Below, piece after piece: positions 32,810 through 44,127 of a DNA stretch of 64,000 nucleotides; the stretch's first letter is position 1, and every line of letters starts with the position of its first letter. The translations under genes were made by a program, and so were the position numbers. Location: positions 186,001-250,000 of the forward strand of contig OW569375.1 of assembly GCA_937625935.1 (NCBI GenBank), written 5' to 3'. Origin of the DNA: Tetramitus jugosus (taxonomy: Eukaryota; Protista; Heterolobosea). The notes beneath the pieces are model-generated. The model was given only the letters and a program-made list of their open reading frames with translations. It did not search any database and had not been told where the DNA came from.

Positions 32810-35800
32810 TTACTTGATAATGTGTTCGTTAGCAAAAATATGCCAGAATTCGTTGAACTTGGTTCTCTTATCGTTCACGCTACTTGTGATCAATGAACAA
32901 ATGTAATTGTATACCAAGTCTTCCTTTGTAATCTGTGGTACGAGAGTGTTTCTCAAGTAGAGAATGTCACTCTGGGTCCTCAGTTCAGGAATTCCACTGT
33001 TACACATTAACTTTAGCAAAACCATGAACAAATTACCATTTGTTCTCAACGCTTGGAATGTCTTGAAGCACAGCTTTTGGAACATTGTAAAGTTTGCTGA
33101 TTTGGCAGCATCATGCTTCTCATTATCTGCACAGATCACATGACAGTAAGCTTTGGTGAACACAAAGGGAGCAGACTCTCTCTTCACACCAGCAAATGTC
33201 TTAATATTACCTAAGAAATGACCAAAATCAATATGCAGCAGCTCGCCTGTCTCTTGCATCATAATATTATCATTGTGACGATCACCGATACCCAAAGCAT
33301 AGGTAAACACACAATAAGCAGCACATGATTTAAGAAATCGTTGGACCACAGCAGACATTGACTTTTCATCATTCTTCTCCTTTAGCCATAGGAACATGGG
33401 TGTCTTTTTCAGAGCAGCGGAAGCACCTCCGTACTTCTTCGTCACAGAAGCAATAGTGGCAGATCGAGTAACAACCTCAATGAAACCACACATGTCACCA
33501 GTACTGACACAACCGTAAGGATTTAAGCACAAGTCACCCAGCTCTGGATCTTGCTTCCAAACAAAGTCCATAATCTTCAATATTTGTAGCGTGAGTGTGT
33601 CCTGTCTAATATCATCACCAGCCTTGAAGATGACTAGAACGTCGGGTACTTCAGTATCGATACCAGCATCAGCATTCTTTAAGAACAAGAACAGCGGTCT
33701 CTTCTTGCTACCCATGACCATACACCTGGATACATTGATACCTTGCACTTCCATCCTTGGGTTCAAAGGAACGAGACAAGTCTCATGCTCCAGCTCCTTC
33801 AACTTTTGAAGCATAATCTCTTGCTGCTCCACTTTTGTTGAATACTTCTTAATCGAGATAGCTACGCTCAATAATTTGTCCACAAAGTCATTCTGCTTCA
33901 GAAGTTGTTGGCAATGCTTTGGACAATTGTTCAAATATGCCCTCAGCACTGTTGATAGTCTCTCCTGCAGTGGAGCTACGTGCAACTCTGACTTGAGGCA
34001 CCAAAACACGGAATGACCGATTCTATGTGGTGATTTGAAACCTCTTTCAAGCAAGAATCGAGACAATGAACTATCATGGTACAGCTCTGATTTCATACAT
34101 TGACAAATTTGGATCAAAAAGTCGTTCAATGTATCATCTGGTAGAGTATTCAACCGGCGAACAGCATACTCTCTAACCTTTGTGTGTGCAAAGCTATAAT
34201 CCAATAACTCAAAACAATCGTATACAGTAGGTTCCTTCCATTTCTGCAAATATTCATCAGCGATCATTCTTGCCTTTGGATATTGGTAAGGTACAGATAA
34301 TAGGAACTTTGGAAGGACCTTTGGATTACTGATGAGTTGATCTCTGGAATTCCAAATTGTAAATTTTTCGTCATTTGACAGTTCGTAAAGCGTATCAGTT
34401 TCGATCAATTTGTTCACTTCAATATCTGAAGGTACAACTTTTCTCATTCTCTTCTCATACTCATCATACGACAAGTCAAATATTTTTGGAATAGGTCCAC
34501 TGCAATGCGTAGGGAAAATAACTGGCTTGCAGTAGCTGTCGAAATCGAAAAGAATAGAGCAGGCAGCAACGTCTCCCACTGCAGCACTCACACTTCTCAG
34601 TTCATCACCGTCCAAGATGGAAATTCTCCACATCTTTGAAGTAATCAAACCACTCTTCATCACATTGTTATAATCTACGACAGGCATTCTTAACTGAGCA
34701 TAAAGAACAGATTTTTTTTGTTCAATGTACACTGACAACTGCAAAACAGTCTCCTTTGGTAGATCACAAATTCGAATGCCCTTAAATGTTAGATACTGAT
34801 TGAAAACGGGACAGACTTCGGATGCACTAAAGGAGACTGACTTTGTTCGCAGTCGTTTTTGAAGACTCATTGCTCCATGAATCAAATCAGCAGTCACATA
34901 GATTTGTGCAGTTTCGTTGGAATCGGACATGATTGGTACCACATCTGAAAAGTTGATGCCAGGTAAGCTTCGAATCTTGATACGCAAGGGCTTTTTGAGA
35001 TCCCACATGGAAATATTGGTCATATCAATTGGATAATTGTGGTCAATGGTCAGTTTGGTGTGATCATATGATTGTAGGTCCGCTACTTGTGCATCAATAA
35101 TGTCCACATCTCTCAATTCGATATCAACCAATTGTGAAGCTCTCTTGTTGAGTGCAAATTGCTTGTCCATCAGCATCAAGTCAACAATTCTGACACCCTT
35201 GGTCATTGCATTCGTTATATATTCAAACTCCTTTAGCAAGTAATTACCGTACATGTATTGTGCACTGCCTTGTGCTTTGATGACCCAATCTGCAGCATTC
35301 ATTGAAATTCTCTCAAAAATCGAATTCTGTGTTCGTACTCTCGTCAAAAACGTGGCAATCAAATCATCGACGCTCTGATTGAGGTCCATATTGACAGACT
35401 TCTTGAAAGAATGACCCTCGTAGCTCACATAGATGGAACCAATAAATTTGCTTGCTCCTGTGGATGCACTGGTCTGTGCTGGATTCGAACACAGGAAAAT
35501 GGGCAAGAAATGACGAGTATCCTCAATGGTCACATGTTTTTTCGATTCTTGAACAGAGTGTGTCACTTGCTCAATGAAATGCAACGATTCTTGAGTCACA
35601 TTGTTCATTGCATCGGCACCCAACAAGTGCAACATGCTCGTATGAGCATCATTCTTGTGCTCCTTTAACAAAATTTGTTTCTGGAGGAGACGTTGCTCCA
35701 TTCTGGCCACATCACCCATGTACTGATCATTTTCCTTCTTTTCCAGTAGCAACTGTGAGGAGTTATCACCACCATTGCTATTGTTGTTGTTATTGTTGAT

Positions 35801-35824
35801 ATCTGTTGATTCGGTGCTGCTCAT
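32810..35824 (-). CDS. Class I-like phosphatidylinositol 3-kinase (RBD, C2, helical and kinase domains)
   Basis: VREYAVRRL, IFKAGDDIRQDTLTLQ, PYGCVSTG, SCAAYCVFTYALGIGDRHNDNIM, HIDFGHFLGN, RESAPFVFT. Confidence 0.95.
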   Translation of the reverse strand: MSSTESTDINNNNNNSNGGDNSSQLLLEKKENDQYMGDVARMEQRLLQKQILLKEHKNDAHTSMLHLLGADAMNNVTQESLHFIEQVTHSVQESKKHVTIEDTRHFLPIFLCSNPAQTSASTGASKFIGSIYVSYEGHSFKKSVNMDLNQSVDDLIATFLTRVRTQNSIFERISMNAADWVIKAQGSAQYMYGNYLLKEFEYITNAMTKGVRIVDLMLMDKQFALNKRASQLVDIELRDVDIIDAQVADLQSYDHTKLTIDHNYPIDMTNISMWDLKKPLRIKIRSLPGINFSDVVPIMSDSNETAQIYVTADLIHGAMSLQKRLRTKSVSFSASEVCPVFNQYLTFKGIRICDLPKETVLQLSVYIEQKKSVLYAQLRMPVVDYNNVMKSGLITSKMWRISILDGDELRSVSAAVGDVAACSILFDFDSYCKPVIFPTHCSGPIPKIFDLSYDEYEKRMRKVVPSDIEVNKLIETDTLYELSNDEKFTIWNSRDQLISNPKVLPKFLLSVPYQYPKARMIADEYLQKWKEPTVYDCFELLDYSFAHTKVREYAVRRLNTLPDDTLNDFLIQICQCMKSELYHDSSLSRFLLERGFKSPHRIGHSVFWCLKSELHVAPLQERLSTVLRAYLNNCPKHCQQLLKQNDFVDKLLSVAISIKKYSTKVEQQEIMLQKLKELEHETCLVPLNPRMEVQGINVSRCMVMGSKKRPLFLFLKNADAGIDTEVPDVLVIFKAGDDIRQDTLTLQILKIMDFVWKQDPELGDLCLNPYGCVSTGDMCGFIEVVTRSATIASVTKKYGGASAALKKTPMFLWLKEKNDEKSMSAVVQRFLKSCAAYCVFTYALGIGDRHNDNIMMQETGELLHIDFGHFLGNIKTFAGVKRESAPFVFTKAYCHVICADNEKHDAAKSANFTMFQKLCFKTFQALRTNGNLFMVLLKLMCNSGIPELRTQSDILYLRNTLVPQITKEDLVYNYICSLITSSVNDKRTKFNEFWHIFANEHIIK

Positions 35825-36091
35825 CTCCACTTCTTCTTAGTCCACTCACTTTGACTTGACAAAAAAAAACAAGCGTGTGCTAATACGTTGCGGAGTTCGT
35901 TTGTCTTTGTTGTTTTGTGTGGGGATTTTGGACTGTCAAAATAATGTCGGATTGTTTTGTTGATGTCTGTCGGAAGTTTTCAAAGGATGTTCGGAAAATA
36001 ATTTATGATGTTGAGCACTACGGTTCTCGCATGTTCAGATTTTTTGTTCTGACGCCCAAGGTATTTTCGCGATTCTCTCTTTTGGGAAAAT

Positions 36092-37829
36092 TCAACTCTT
36101 TGGAAAGGGTCGCAATGGATGTGCTTCTGTGTTCAACACGAATTCATCCAGTGACATTACAGTTTCAGGTGAGAAAATCAAGTAGAGGTACTTGAGAGTT
36201 TCACTAAGGAAGAAGCTTTCCATGGCGTTGTCCAACTCTGGTTTGTTATGACGTACATCCTTCACGCCACTGTATCCAGAAGCAGTCTTACAATGCTTCT
36301 CCAAGGCTTGGAAGATGTTCCAAGCATCTTGGACGTATTGTCTATCTCCGGTGGTTCGATACAGTACGAACAAGCTTTCTACGGTCTCAGGTCTCAGTAG
36401 ATAAGTGGGATGTTGGACATTGTAGTCATGAGTACTGTTACCAAAGTTTGCTATCTCTGGACCTAATCCCGAACTTTGATCAACATACAACTTTACACAC
36501 GTACTCATGAGCTGTTTTGCGATCATGAGATGATCTTGTGCTTCAGTTTTATTGAGTTCACTCAAACGACTACCCAACGCCAGCATACCTGGAGTATAGC
36601 ATACTAAGTGATCAAATTTAGGCGACTGTCTACCTCGGTGTTCGCCAATGTAAGCTAAGTGACTTGGCTTCGAATAACCTAACATGTGCTGTTTCATTCC
36701 CGCTACCATATCTCTGTACATTGTAAGATATTGTTGATCATGAGTCAGCAAGTACTGTTTCAGCAGATCTGTCATTATACAACTGTTAATATGTCAATGT
36801 CAACAATAAAAATTACGATATCATACACTCATAAAAAGAATCACCCAAAGCTCCGAATGAATACCAGTATCCTCTGAATTCACCAGTCTCCGTATTGATA
36901 TAGTTTGGATATAAGCCTAGTAAAGGCTTTCTTATCTTATTATGAGAAAATCTGATCGTCTCCATGATGCGCTCTGCCTTCTCTGCATAAATAGGGTTTC
37001 CTGTATGATGAGATAGCGCCTTAAACTCCAATTGAATCGAACCAACCTCGCTCAATACACTATCTACTCTGTGCCAATCAGCATTCTTGGCATCTCCCGT
37101 TTTCAAATTAATCAGTGTGTACGGAATACCAGAGTTGGTTTTAAATGATCGTAAGAGTCGCTCTGCCAACTCCTCTGATTTTTGTAAATACATCTTGTCG
37201 CCCGTTAATTCATAAGCACCTAGAAATCCTCCCAGAAATCGAATGGTCATCTCGAACAAGCTCACATAAGCATCCCTATCAAAATTGAGTTTCTTCACAA
37301 AATTTTTACTTCTCTCATACTCTTTATCCAAACCCATAATGAGCATCGTGTCCAATGAATCTACAATTGTCGCTCCTAATCTCGCAAAATTATCTCTATA
37401 ATCGTTGGTGCACGGCCGGAGTTCATCATGTTCAAAAGCGTACTTTTCATAGCCAGACCACGCATGCAAAAAGGCACCCTTCACGGCTAACCTTCTCTCC
37501 TCTTGATCTCTTTCCCACTGAAAATCCCGTTGCACTCTCACTTGAAGAGTATTGTCAAGATCTACTTTTGGCATCTCGTTCTGTTCATTGATGCTCCGGA
37601 GTTCTTGATCGCCAACTCGCTGCTGGTTTGGTTCTTGAATGATGAGCCGATTCCAACTGATCATTGACCACAATGCGAAAGCAATTGCGAACAAAATGAT
37701 GGCCAACATAACAAAAAACAAGATTCGTTTCAACTGATTGCATTCTCGCTCCTCACTCTGTTTATCTTGTTGTTTTTGTGACAAAGGGGAAGATGAGGTT
37801 GTCGATTGGACATGGCGTCTTCTCAACAT
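36092..37829 (-). CDS. Class I alpha-1,2-mannosidase (GH47), type II membrane protein; exons 37829-36827, 36768-36092
   Basis: N-terminal TM, AFLHAWSGY..HDELRP, FEMTIRFLGG, EVGSIQLEF, GDSFYE|YLLK, LRPETVES, MESFFLSETLKYLYL, NTEAHP. A 58-bp intron separates the exons. Confidence 0.96.
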
Positions 37830-38035
37830 TGTTTCGCGATCTTTCTGATTGAAGGAAAACTGTCGTGAAATTATGGCAACGTTTTTTTTGGTAACCCTCC
37901 AAAAATCACCGATCCGATTTTCGACCGATCACTGACTCAGGGGAGAATCATTGCCCGGTATTGACATCACACACCCAACAGCAAACAACAAAAACAATTT
38001 TGAAAGAAAGCATGGTAGGCGTGGTTTGTAACAAC

Positions 38036-39922
38036 ATGTACATAAAAAAACAACCAACAACCCATATTTTACTCTCCCTCTTATTCCTCGCTCTCCTGTC
38101 GTTTTTCGCTACGACACTCTCTGCCGCCAAATCTCCTCCACGTCGCCATCACCGACAAAATATATTTGGCGCCAAAACAGATGACGCCGTAAACTTGGAC
38201 ATGATCATCACCAAGAGATCATCACCCAGCATTCAATACTCATTCACACTCAATGTCTACTTTGCTAATGATGACAACAACAAAAAGGGTAGAGATCAGA
38301 ATGATGAGGATCCAACCCTACAGAAAATGACACGAATTCATGCCATTGCTGAAGATTACTCCAATCATCATTTCCTAGAGTACAAGAGTGACTTTGATCA
38401 AATGTTGAATGAATTGACAACGTTTGAGCAATTGAATAATGATACCAAGTGTTATTCTCTCACTCATTCAAATTCAGCTTCGAACAAGTCATCACCATGG
38501 ATCAGTCATGATGACAATGATGATGCTTTTGGTTCAATGATTACCATTTCTCAGTGGAATCAATTGGTGAATAGCTTGCAAGCGTACACTCCATCACAAC
38601 CATTGTCCAGTGTCGTATTTTATGATCAAGGAGTGGATGAATTGATGAGGAACAATGATTTATCACCATTGGTTGGTCAATTGCAGTCGAATGATGAGAA
38701 TGATGAGACAGCACTCGTGTTTGTTGATAATCAAAGTGGTTTAATGGTTCATGTGATCACTGAGAGAATTCATGTTCAAATTATGCAAATTTCAACAGGA
38801 GAGACACAAAAAGTCAAGGACTCTGTTGATCGATTGAATCGTCAGTGCACAAATTTGAATGATGAGATTGCTGCATTGCTGCAAATGAACAAGAAGAGCA
38901 ATCAACAACACCGTGTCAACATGATGAGACGCCCAACAATGAAGAATGCACCAGCTGCGATGGACATGTGGTTCTTGGACAATGATAGATCATGTCGATT
39001 GCCTTTTGTGAGACATGATAAGAATTGTGCAACCAATCAAATGAAGGCCGCACCAGAGAAACAAAAGGTTTGTGTCTTTTTGCATGGATCTGGAGAAACA
39101 GCAATACTACCACCATCGAACATCAAGGAGCGTTATTGGGGTAATGTGCACGAGTTTACTCCTCAATGCTCTGAGAGATGGTTTATCTCAATGGACACAA
39201 AGAATTATGGATGGGACAATTATGATTTACAGAAGGGATATTGTCAGTTGGCTGCTTTTCATAATAAGACTGTACCTGAAGGTACTCCTGCCATCATTAA
39301 GGACACCATTGTCTTTTCGCACTCAATGGGTAATTTGATCTTGGCCGCTGGATTGAAGAACGGTTTCTGCTCAATGGCAAATAGTTCTTCCTGGTACAGC
39401 GTCTCTAGTCCATATGGTGGTAGTGTAGCCTCTCCAATGCTTAAGGAACTTTGCTATAATTATTATTATGGTAAGAGTCCAAATCTTTTCCGAAAGATTG
39501 CAGGTTATATTGCTCAGGGTGGTTATTGCCTTGTCAATACTCCTAATGCCTATCCTTCCTACTTGTCCTTGGATCCAGACTATTGTTCTACCCAGGAACC
39601 AAAGCAGTGCATCAAGGATCTTGAGCCAGTGACTCAAGCTTATGTGACTGGTGCAAGCTGCGGTCTGTCTCCTTATGGTCTCGCTTCCAGGTACAGCATT
39701 CTGCTTGGTGCACTGTCAACCATTGTTGGCTATGGACAGAAGAATGATGGCATGGTTGGAAAATCAAGCTGCGAAATCTATCATGCAAATTCTTTCACTA
39801 ACAATGTTAGAAATGTTTTCTACTCCACAGGTTGTAATCACGCGGATGCCACATGCAGAAACGGAAATGGTTGGTGGGGCGCTAGTCGTCAACCATGCAG
39901 CTATTACACAGACAAGGTGTGA
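38036..39922 (+). CDS. Secreted alpha/beta-hydrolase (lipase-like) with large N-terminal domain
   Basis: Signal peptide ILLSLLFLALLSFFATTLSA; CVFLHG, SHSMGNL (nucleophile elbow), NDGMV and NHAD give a Ser-Asp-His triad; Cys-rich. Confidence 0.85.
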   Translation: MYIKKQPTTHILLSLLFLALLSFFATTLSAAKSPPRRHHRQNIFGAKTDDAVNLDMIITKRSSPSIQYSFTLNVYFANDDNNKKGRDQNDEDPTLQKMTRIHAIAEDYSNHHFLEYKSDFDQMLNELTTFEQLNNDTKCYSLTHSNSASNKSSPWISHDDNDDAFGSMITISQWNQLVNSLQAYTPSQPLSSVVFYDQGVDELMRNNDLSPLVGQLQSNDENDETALVFVDNQSGLMVHVITERIHVQIMQISTGETQKVKDSVDRLNRQCTNLNDEIAALLQMNKKSNQQHRVNMMRRPTMKNAPAAMDMWFLDNDRSCRLPFVRHDKNCATNQMKAAPEKQKVCVFLHGSGETAILPPSNIKERYWGNVHEFTPQCSERWFISMDTKNYGWDNYDLQKGYCQLAAFHNKTVPEGTPAIIKDTIVFSHSMGNLILAAGLKNGFCSMANSSSWYSVSSPYGGSVASPMLKELCYNYYYGKSPNLFRKIAGYIAQGGYCLVNTPNAYPSYLSLDPDYCSTQEPKQCIKDLEPVTQAYVTGASCGLSPYGLASRYSILLGALSTIVGYGQKNDGMVGKSSCEIYHANSFTNNVRNVFYSTGCNHADATCRNGNGWWGASRQPCSYYTDKV

Positions 39923-40084
39923 TCATTCTGCTCTGTGGGAAGAACCAAGTCGTTGTTCAGTTATCCTAAAAACCAGTAAAGTTTTTATTTATTGCAAACA
40001 CACGTATCATAAAACAATAATACACTTGTATGCTAAACCTAATTTGCGAAGAACGCATTCCAATAAATAATGTTTGTTCTGGCT

Positions 40085-40468
40085 CTACCAGCTTTCATCG
40101 TCATCATCGTCCTCATCTTCAATGATACCTCTCTTGACCAATGCAGCTTTCACAAACATTCGCGTCGTCAAGTCAGGATTGACACCCTTTGGTGGTTCAC
40201 TCGACAGTTTCGCATTCGACATGAATGCATAATAATTTTGAAGAAACAGTGCTTCACAGTACTGTTGTCCCATATTTCCATCATTGCCATACTGTGCACT
40301 GCATATGGCAGTTGCAGTCTTTAGTTTGTGACTATCTGGCTCGCGCTTGTATTTTGTTGCTTCGGAGGCAATGTGTCTCTTGACTTGTTCAACCGAATGT
40401 TCATATCTGTTGACTGCGAACGCACAGGATACGGCAGTAACGACGGAAAATGCTAATAGCTTACTCAT
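40085..40468 (-). CDS. Small hypothetical protein with N-terminal hydrophobic segment
   Basis: 127-aa ORF with a CAA-rich leader upstream and an acidic tail. No family recognised. Confidence 0.7.
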   Translation of the reverse strand: MSKLLAFSVVTAVSCAFAVNRYEHSVEQVKRHIASEATKYKREPDSHKLKTATAICSAQYGNDGNMGQQYCEALFLQNYYAFMSNAKLSSEPPKGVNPDLTTRMFVKAALVKRGIIEDEDDDDDESW

Positions 40469-40846
40469 AGTGTCTATGTGGTGGTGATGATGATTGTTCG
40501 TGGAGGACTGCTGACTGACTCAACCTTTGTTTGGTTTGTTGTTGTTGTTGCTGTTGCTGTGAGTGGTTTCGTGTTTTCGGTCAGGTCTGTGAGCGAGAAA
40601 CACACAATTTTTTGAACTCGTCGGTCGCCGATTGCAGGTTCATGTCCGACCAGGTCCGAAGATTTCACAACATTCCGGGAATCTTTGTATGGGTCGGTCT
40701 CAAAGATTCTCGATGTCTTGTGTCTTCTTGGGTTGATATCATCAGATGCTCACTTCTGTGTGTTTTGAGGTGCTGATCCACAACAATTTTTGAACCTTCA
40801 TCATTTCACACTCCGACTTCTTTTCACAAGAAAAACGCGCCAAAAA

Positions 40847-43800
40847 ATGATGAACGAAGGGTTGGAGATCAACAAGGTTGCATTCGCAGGCGGTGTGCAT
40901 GCAGTTCAATTCACACGAAATAGCCAGTTTATCCTCAGTGGAATAGGTCCCTATTTCTGTGTGTTTCATGTACTGAGTGGTGCATGCTTGCTCAGAGAGC
41001 ACTTGTTCAATGGTGGTTGCATCAAGGGTATTCAAGTGATCACTCAAGGGAATAGTGAACAACAAGATTGCCATGTGATTGTTTTTGGACAACGAAAAAT
41101 TTCATTGATCAGGCTCAAGTGGTTAACCAACGCTACTACTAGCGTGGAATCCATTGCGACTGTCGCTGTAGATCGCATTGTTCAATTACCAGAGATGAAT
41201 GATTGGGTGCTGGATGTGAAATTGTTGTCCAAGCAATGTGATGCCTCTCGCTTGACAATGGCCATTGGATTTGCAAGAAATTTGGTAAAGGTTGTTCAAT
41301 TTGAGTATGATTCTAAGCAAGTGGATGAAGTAGAGTCGTTTGGACAAGGTGAAAAGTTGCAACAAGTTCAGTTACAAGTGTTAAAGACGGTCAATGGATT
41401 CCCAAATTGTTTGCTGTATTCAATGAGCTTGTATGGTGAGCATGTGGATGAGTTGCTTGTTGCTGCAGGAACCATTTTCACACAAATTAGCGTTTGGTCA
41501 TTGGTTCATTGTGAATCCAATGAAAGTGCATTAATCATTTTGAATGGACATGACGGTGTGCTGTTTAGAGTTGAGTGGTCAAAAGATGGAACGGCGTTAT
41601 GTTCTACCTCAGATGATCGTACTATTCGTCATTGGAAGTTCTCTCATTCGTTTGTCGGACCAGATTACAAAATTCCAACATACAAAACTGTGACAATGTT
41701 TGGTCATGGAGCGAGAGTGTGGGACTGTAAGATGATTGACGAGTTTGTTGTTTCTTGCAGTGAAGATAAGACAGTGAGAGTGTGGGACTACACTGGAACA
41801 TGTGTTTATATTTTTAGAGGACATACCGGTAAAAATGTTTGGAGAATAGATGTGGATCCTACTCAATCCATTATTGTAAGTGGAGGTGGAGATTCATCGA
41901 TTAAACTTTGGTCTCTAGATGATGTTCGACAGTCTCTCCAGCAAGGAAATCATAAACAGTATATTTTGCCAGGTATAGATTTAAATTCCAAGTTTGATAG
42001 CACAAGTGAGTTTACTCGATTCTTGAAAATACACAAGCAATGTGTGTCCTCAGTGACGAATAAGGGCTACTTGTACAAGGTAGACACGATTACAGATGAA
42101 GTATCACTTTTAGTGGATATTAACAGTCTGCGCAGGGAGGAAGATCGGAAGCATTTTATCATGTGCTTCAGCTTGTCTCCATGTGCAAACTTTTGTGCAT
42201 TAGGCGATACGAGTGGAAAATGTCTAATTATTAATCTAATTGACAATTCTTTGGTAGAGGAGATATCGGTATTCAATACGCGTGTATTGAATTCATTTTG
42301 GTTGGAGCGTGCTGATGGTTCGACGCTTTTGTTTTTGACTAACCCTCAAGGAAGTTTGAAGCAATACACCATTCTCATAACCAATGGTATTCTATCGATC
42401 CAATCACATCGCGAACTTACAATCAAAAACATTGCAATGTCTATTTGCTTTGTTGAAGCACTAGACGTGTTGATGATTGGCGATAACCGAGGAAACATTC
42501 ATACATTTAGGAACTATATTCACAACTCAGAGTCTATTTTGTCGCCAAATCACACTTTCCGAAATGCCCATGGAAAAGATAAGGTGTCAGACATTAAGTT
42601 TGTAGATTTAGAGCGCATTTACACCGTTGGAAGAGATGGATGTCTATGCGTAAACAAACTAATTCTGAACGAATCCACTGACTTGATTCAAGTCAGTCAA
42701 GTGCGCTTGAATAATACTGTGCCTACCGCAGAGCACTTATACATATCGAAAGATGCTGAAGAAATTATCATCTTTGGATTCTATGGATCTCATTTTACAG
42801 TTTTTGATTTTACGAAAAATTATAGGATTGCTACATTCGATTGTGGAGGAGCAAAAGGCACATATGATGTCACATATGATCGTTATTATAATGTTGAAAG
42901 TCCAAATCAAGTGGATAATAGAAGTTATTTTGCAGCATTCTCAAAGGGGGGTATTCTGCACACGCACATCGAAACAAAGACAATGATTGAAAATCCTCGG
43001 TTTAAGCTACAGACTCTTAATGTGAATTATCATGGAAGAGAAACGAGAGATGTTCTCTTATGGAGATCTGATCTTTCTCAAAAGAATAGAATTATCACAT
43101 GTAGTGAAGATACCACGATTCGCATATTTGATTATAACACACATAATGGAGCTCTATCTAATTCTATCATAATGAACGGTCACGAAAGTGGTGTGAAAGC
43201 ACTTGCAATTATCGAGCATGATGATTACCATATTCTTTTCTCTGGAGGAGGCAAGGAAGAATTATTTATTTGGAAAATATTGGAACACAATTCGAATTTG
43301 AGTTCAGAACTATTGCAAGGATTACAGGTCACAACCACATTCATGGATTATTTCCACCCTGACATCAAAGCTCAGCTGAACAAAATTCATTTTAGAGTTA
43401 TGTCCATGTGCTGCTTTAATATATCGGATACTAAAATCTGTTTGGCAACAGGAGCATCTGATGGTTATCTAAAGATATTTATTTATGACATTGCTAATAA
43501 TATTTTAACTCCTCATTCCTTTGCTACATATCACAAAGGACCTGTTCTGTCCATGCTGTATGCACAGAATGGAGACAAGTTCATCATTATGACAGGCTCA
43601 ACAGATGGTGTTATTGCGATCCATGTTTTGGACAAAGCAACTTTGCTCTCTGATCCTACTCAGATCAGGTTCGCTCCTCTATTTACATTGGAGGCTCACC
43701 AATCGGGGGTGAATTCACTGAGTTCATTTGTTTTGGGTTCTGATTTCACCATTGCCAGCGGAGGAGACGATCAATCACTCTTTGTTGCGCAATTTACGTA

Positions 43801-44101
43801 TGCCAATCGTCAGATGCATAACATGAGAACAAAGCAGCTTCCTATGGTGCATACGGCTGCTGTTAATGGTATCGCAACGAATGGCCAATATGTATTCGAG
43901 ACGAGCATTGATCAAAGATTTAACATCTTCTCCATCGTTGATCATGGTGATTCTTTGGATCTGAAGCTGACTGCCACAGATATGGTTGAAGTGAACGATA
44001 TTTGCGCCATGAGTGCTTTGGGTGTCGAAGATAACAAGAACACGAGCATTGATTTTGCAATCTGTGGTGCTGAACTCCAAATCCTTCAAGTAAAGCTCTA
44101 A
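40847..44101 (+). CDS. WDR6: WD40-repeat protein WDR6/Trm734 (tRNA 2'-O-methyltransferase partner)
   Basis: VAAGTIF, GHDGVLFRVEW..STSDDRTIR, FGHGARVWD, HGRE..TCSEDTTI, FSGGGKEEL, HQSGVNSL, SGGDDQSL, TSIDQR. Confidence 0.9.
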   Translation: MMNEGLEINKVAFAGGVHAVQFTRNSQFILSGIGPYFCVFHVLSGACLLREHLFNGGCIKGIQVITQGNSEQQDCHVIVFGQRKISLIRLKWLTNATTSVESIATVAVDRIVQLPEMNDWVLDVKLLSKQCDASRLTMAIGFARNLVKVVQFEYDSKQVDEVESFGQGEKLQQVQLQVLKTVNGFPNCLLYSMSLYGEHVDELLVAAGTIFTQISVWSLVHCESNESALIILNGHDGVLFRVEWSKDGTALCSTSDDRTIRHWKFSHSFVGPDYKIPTYKTVTMFGHGARVWDCKMIDEFVVSCSEDKTVRVWDYTGTCVYIFRGHTGKNVWRIDVDPTQSIIVSGGGDSSIKLWSLDDVRQSLQQGNHKQYILPGIDLNSKFDSTSEFTRFLKIHKQCVSSVTNKGYLYKVDTITDEVSLLVDINSLRREEDRKHFIMCFSLSPCANFCALGDTSGKCLIINLIDNSLVEEISVFNTRVLNSFWLERADGSTLLFLTNPQGSLKQYTILITNGILSIQSHRELTIKNIAMSICFVEALDVLMIGDNRGNIHTFRNYIHNSESILSPNHTFRNAHGKDKVSDIKFVDLERIYTVGRDGCLCVNKLILNESTDLIQVSQVRLNNTVPTAEHLYISKDAEEIIIFGFYGSHFTVFDFTKNYRIATFDCGGAKGTYDVTYDRYYNVESPNQVDNRSYFAAFSKGGILHTHIETKTMIENPRFKLQTLNVNYHGRETRDVLLWRSDLSQKNRIITCSEDTTIRIFDYNTHNGALSNSIIMNGHESGVKALAIIEHDDYHILFSGGGKEELFIWKILEHNSNLSSELLQGLQVTTTFMDYFHPDIKAQLNKIHFRVMSMCCFNISDTKICLATGASDGYLKIFIYDIANNILTPHSFATYHKGPVLSMLYAQNGDKFIIMTGSTDGVIAIHVLDKATLLSDPTQIRFAPLFTLEAHQSGVNSLSSFVLGSDFTIASGGDDQSLFVAQFTYANRQMHNMRTKQLPMVHTAAVNGIATNGQYVFETSIDQRFNIFSIVDHGDSLDLKLTATDMVEVNDICAMSALGVEDNKNTSIDFAICGAELQILQVKL

Positions 44102-44127
44102 CGTATGACAATAAATAAAATGGTTTA

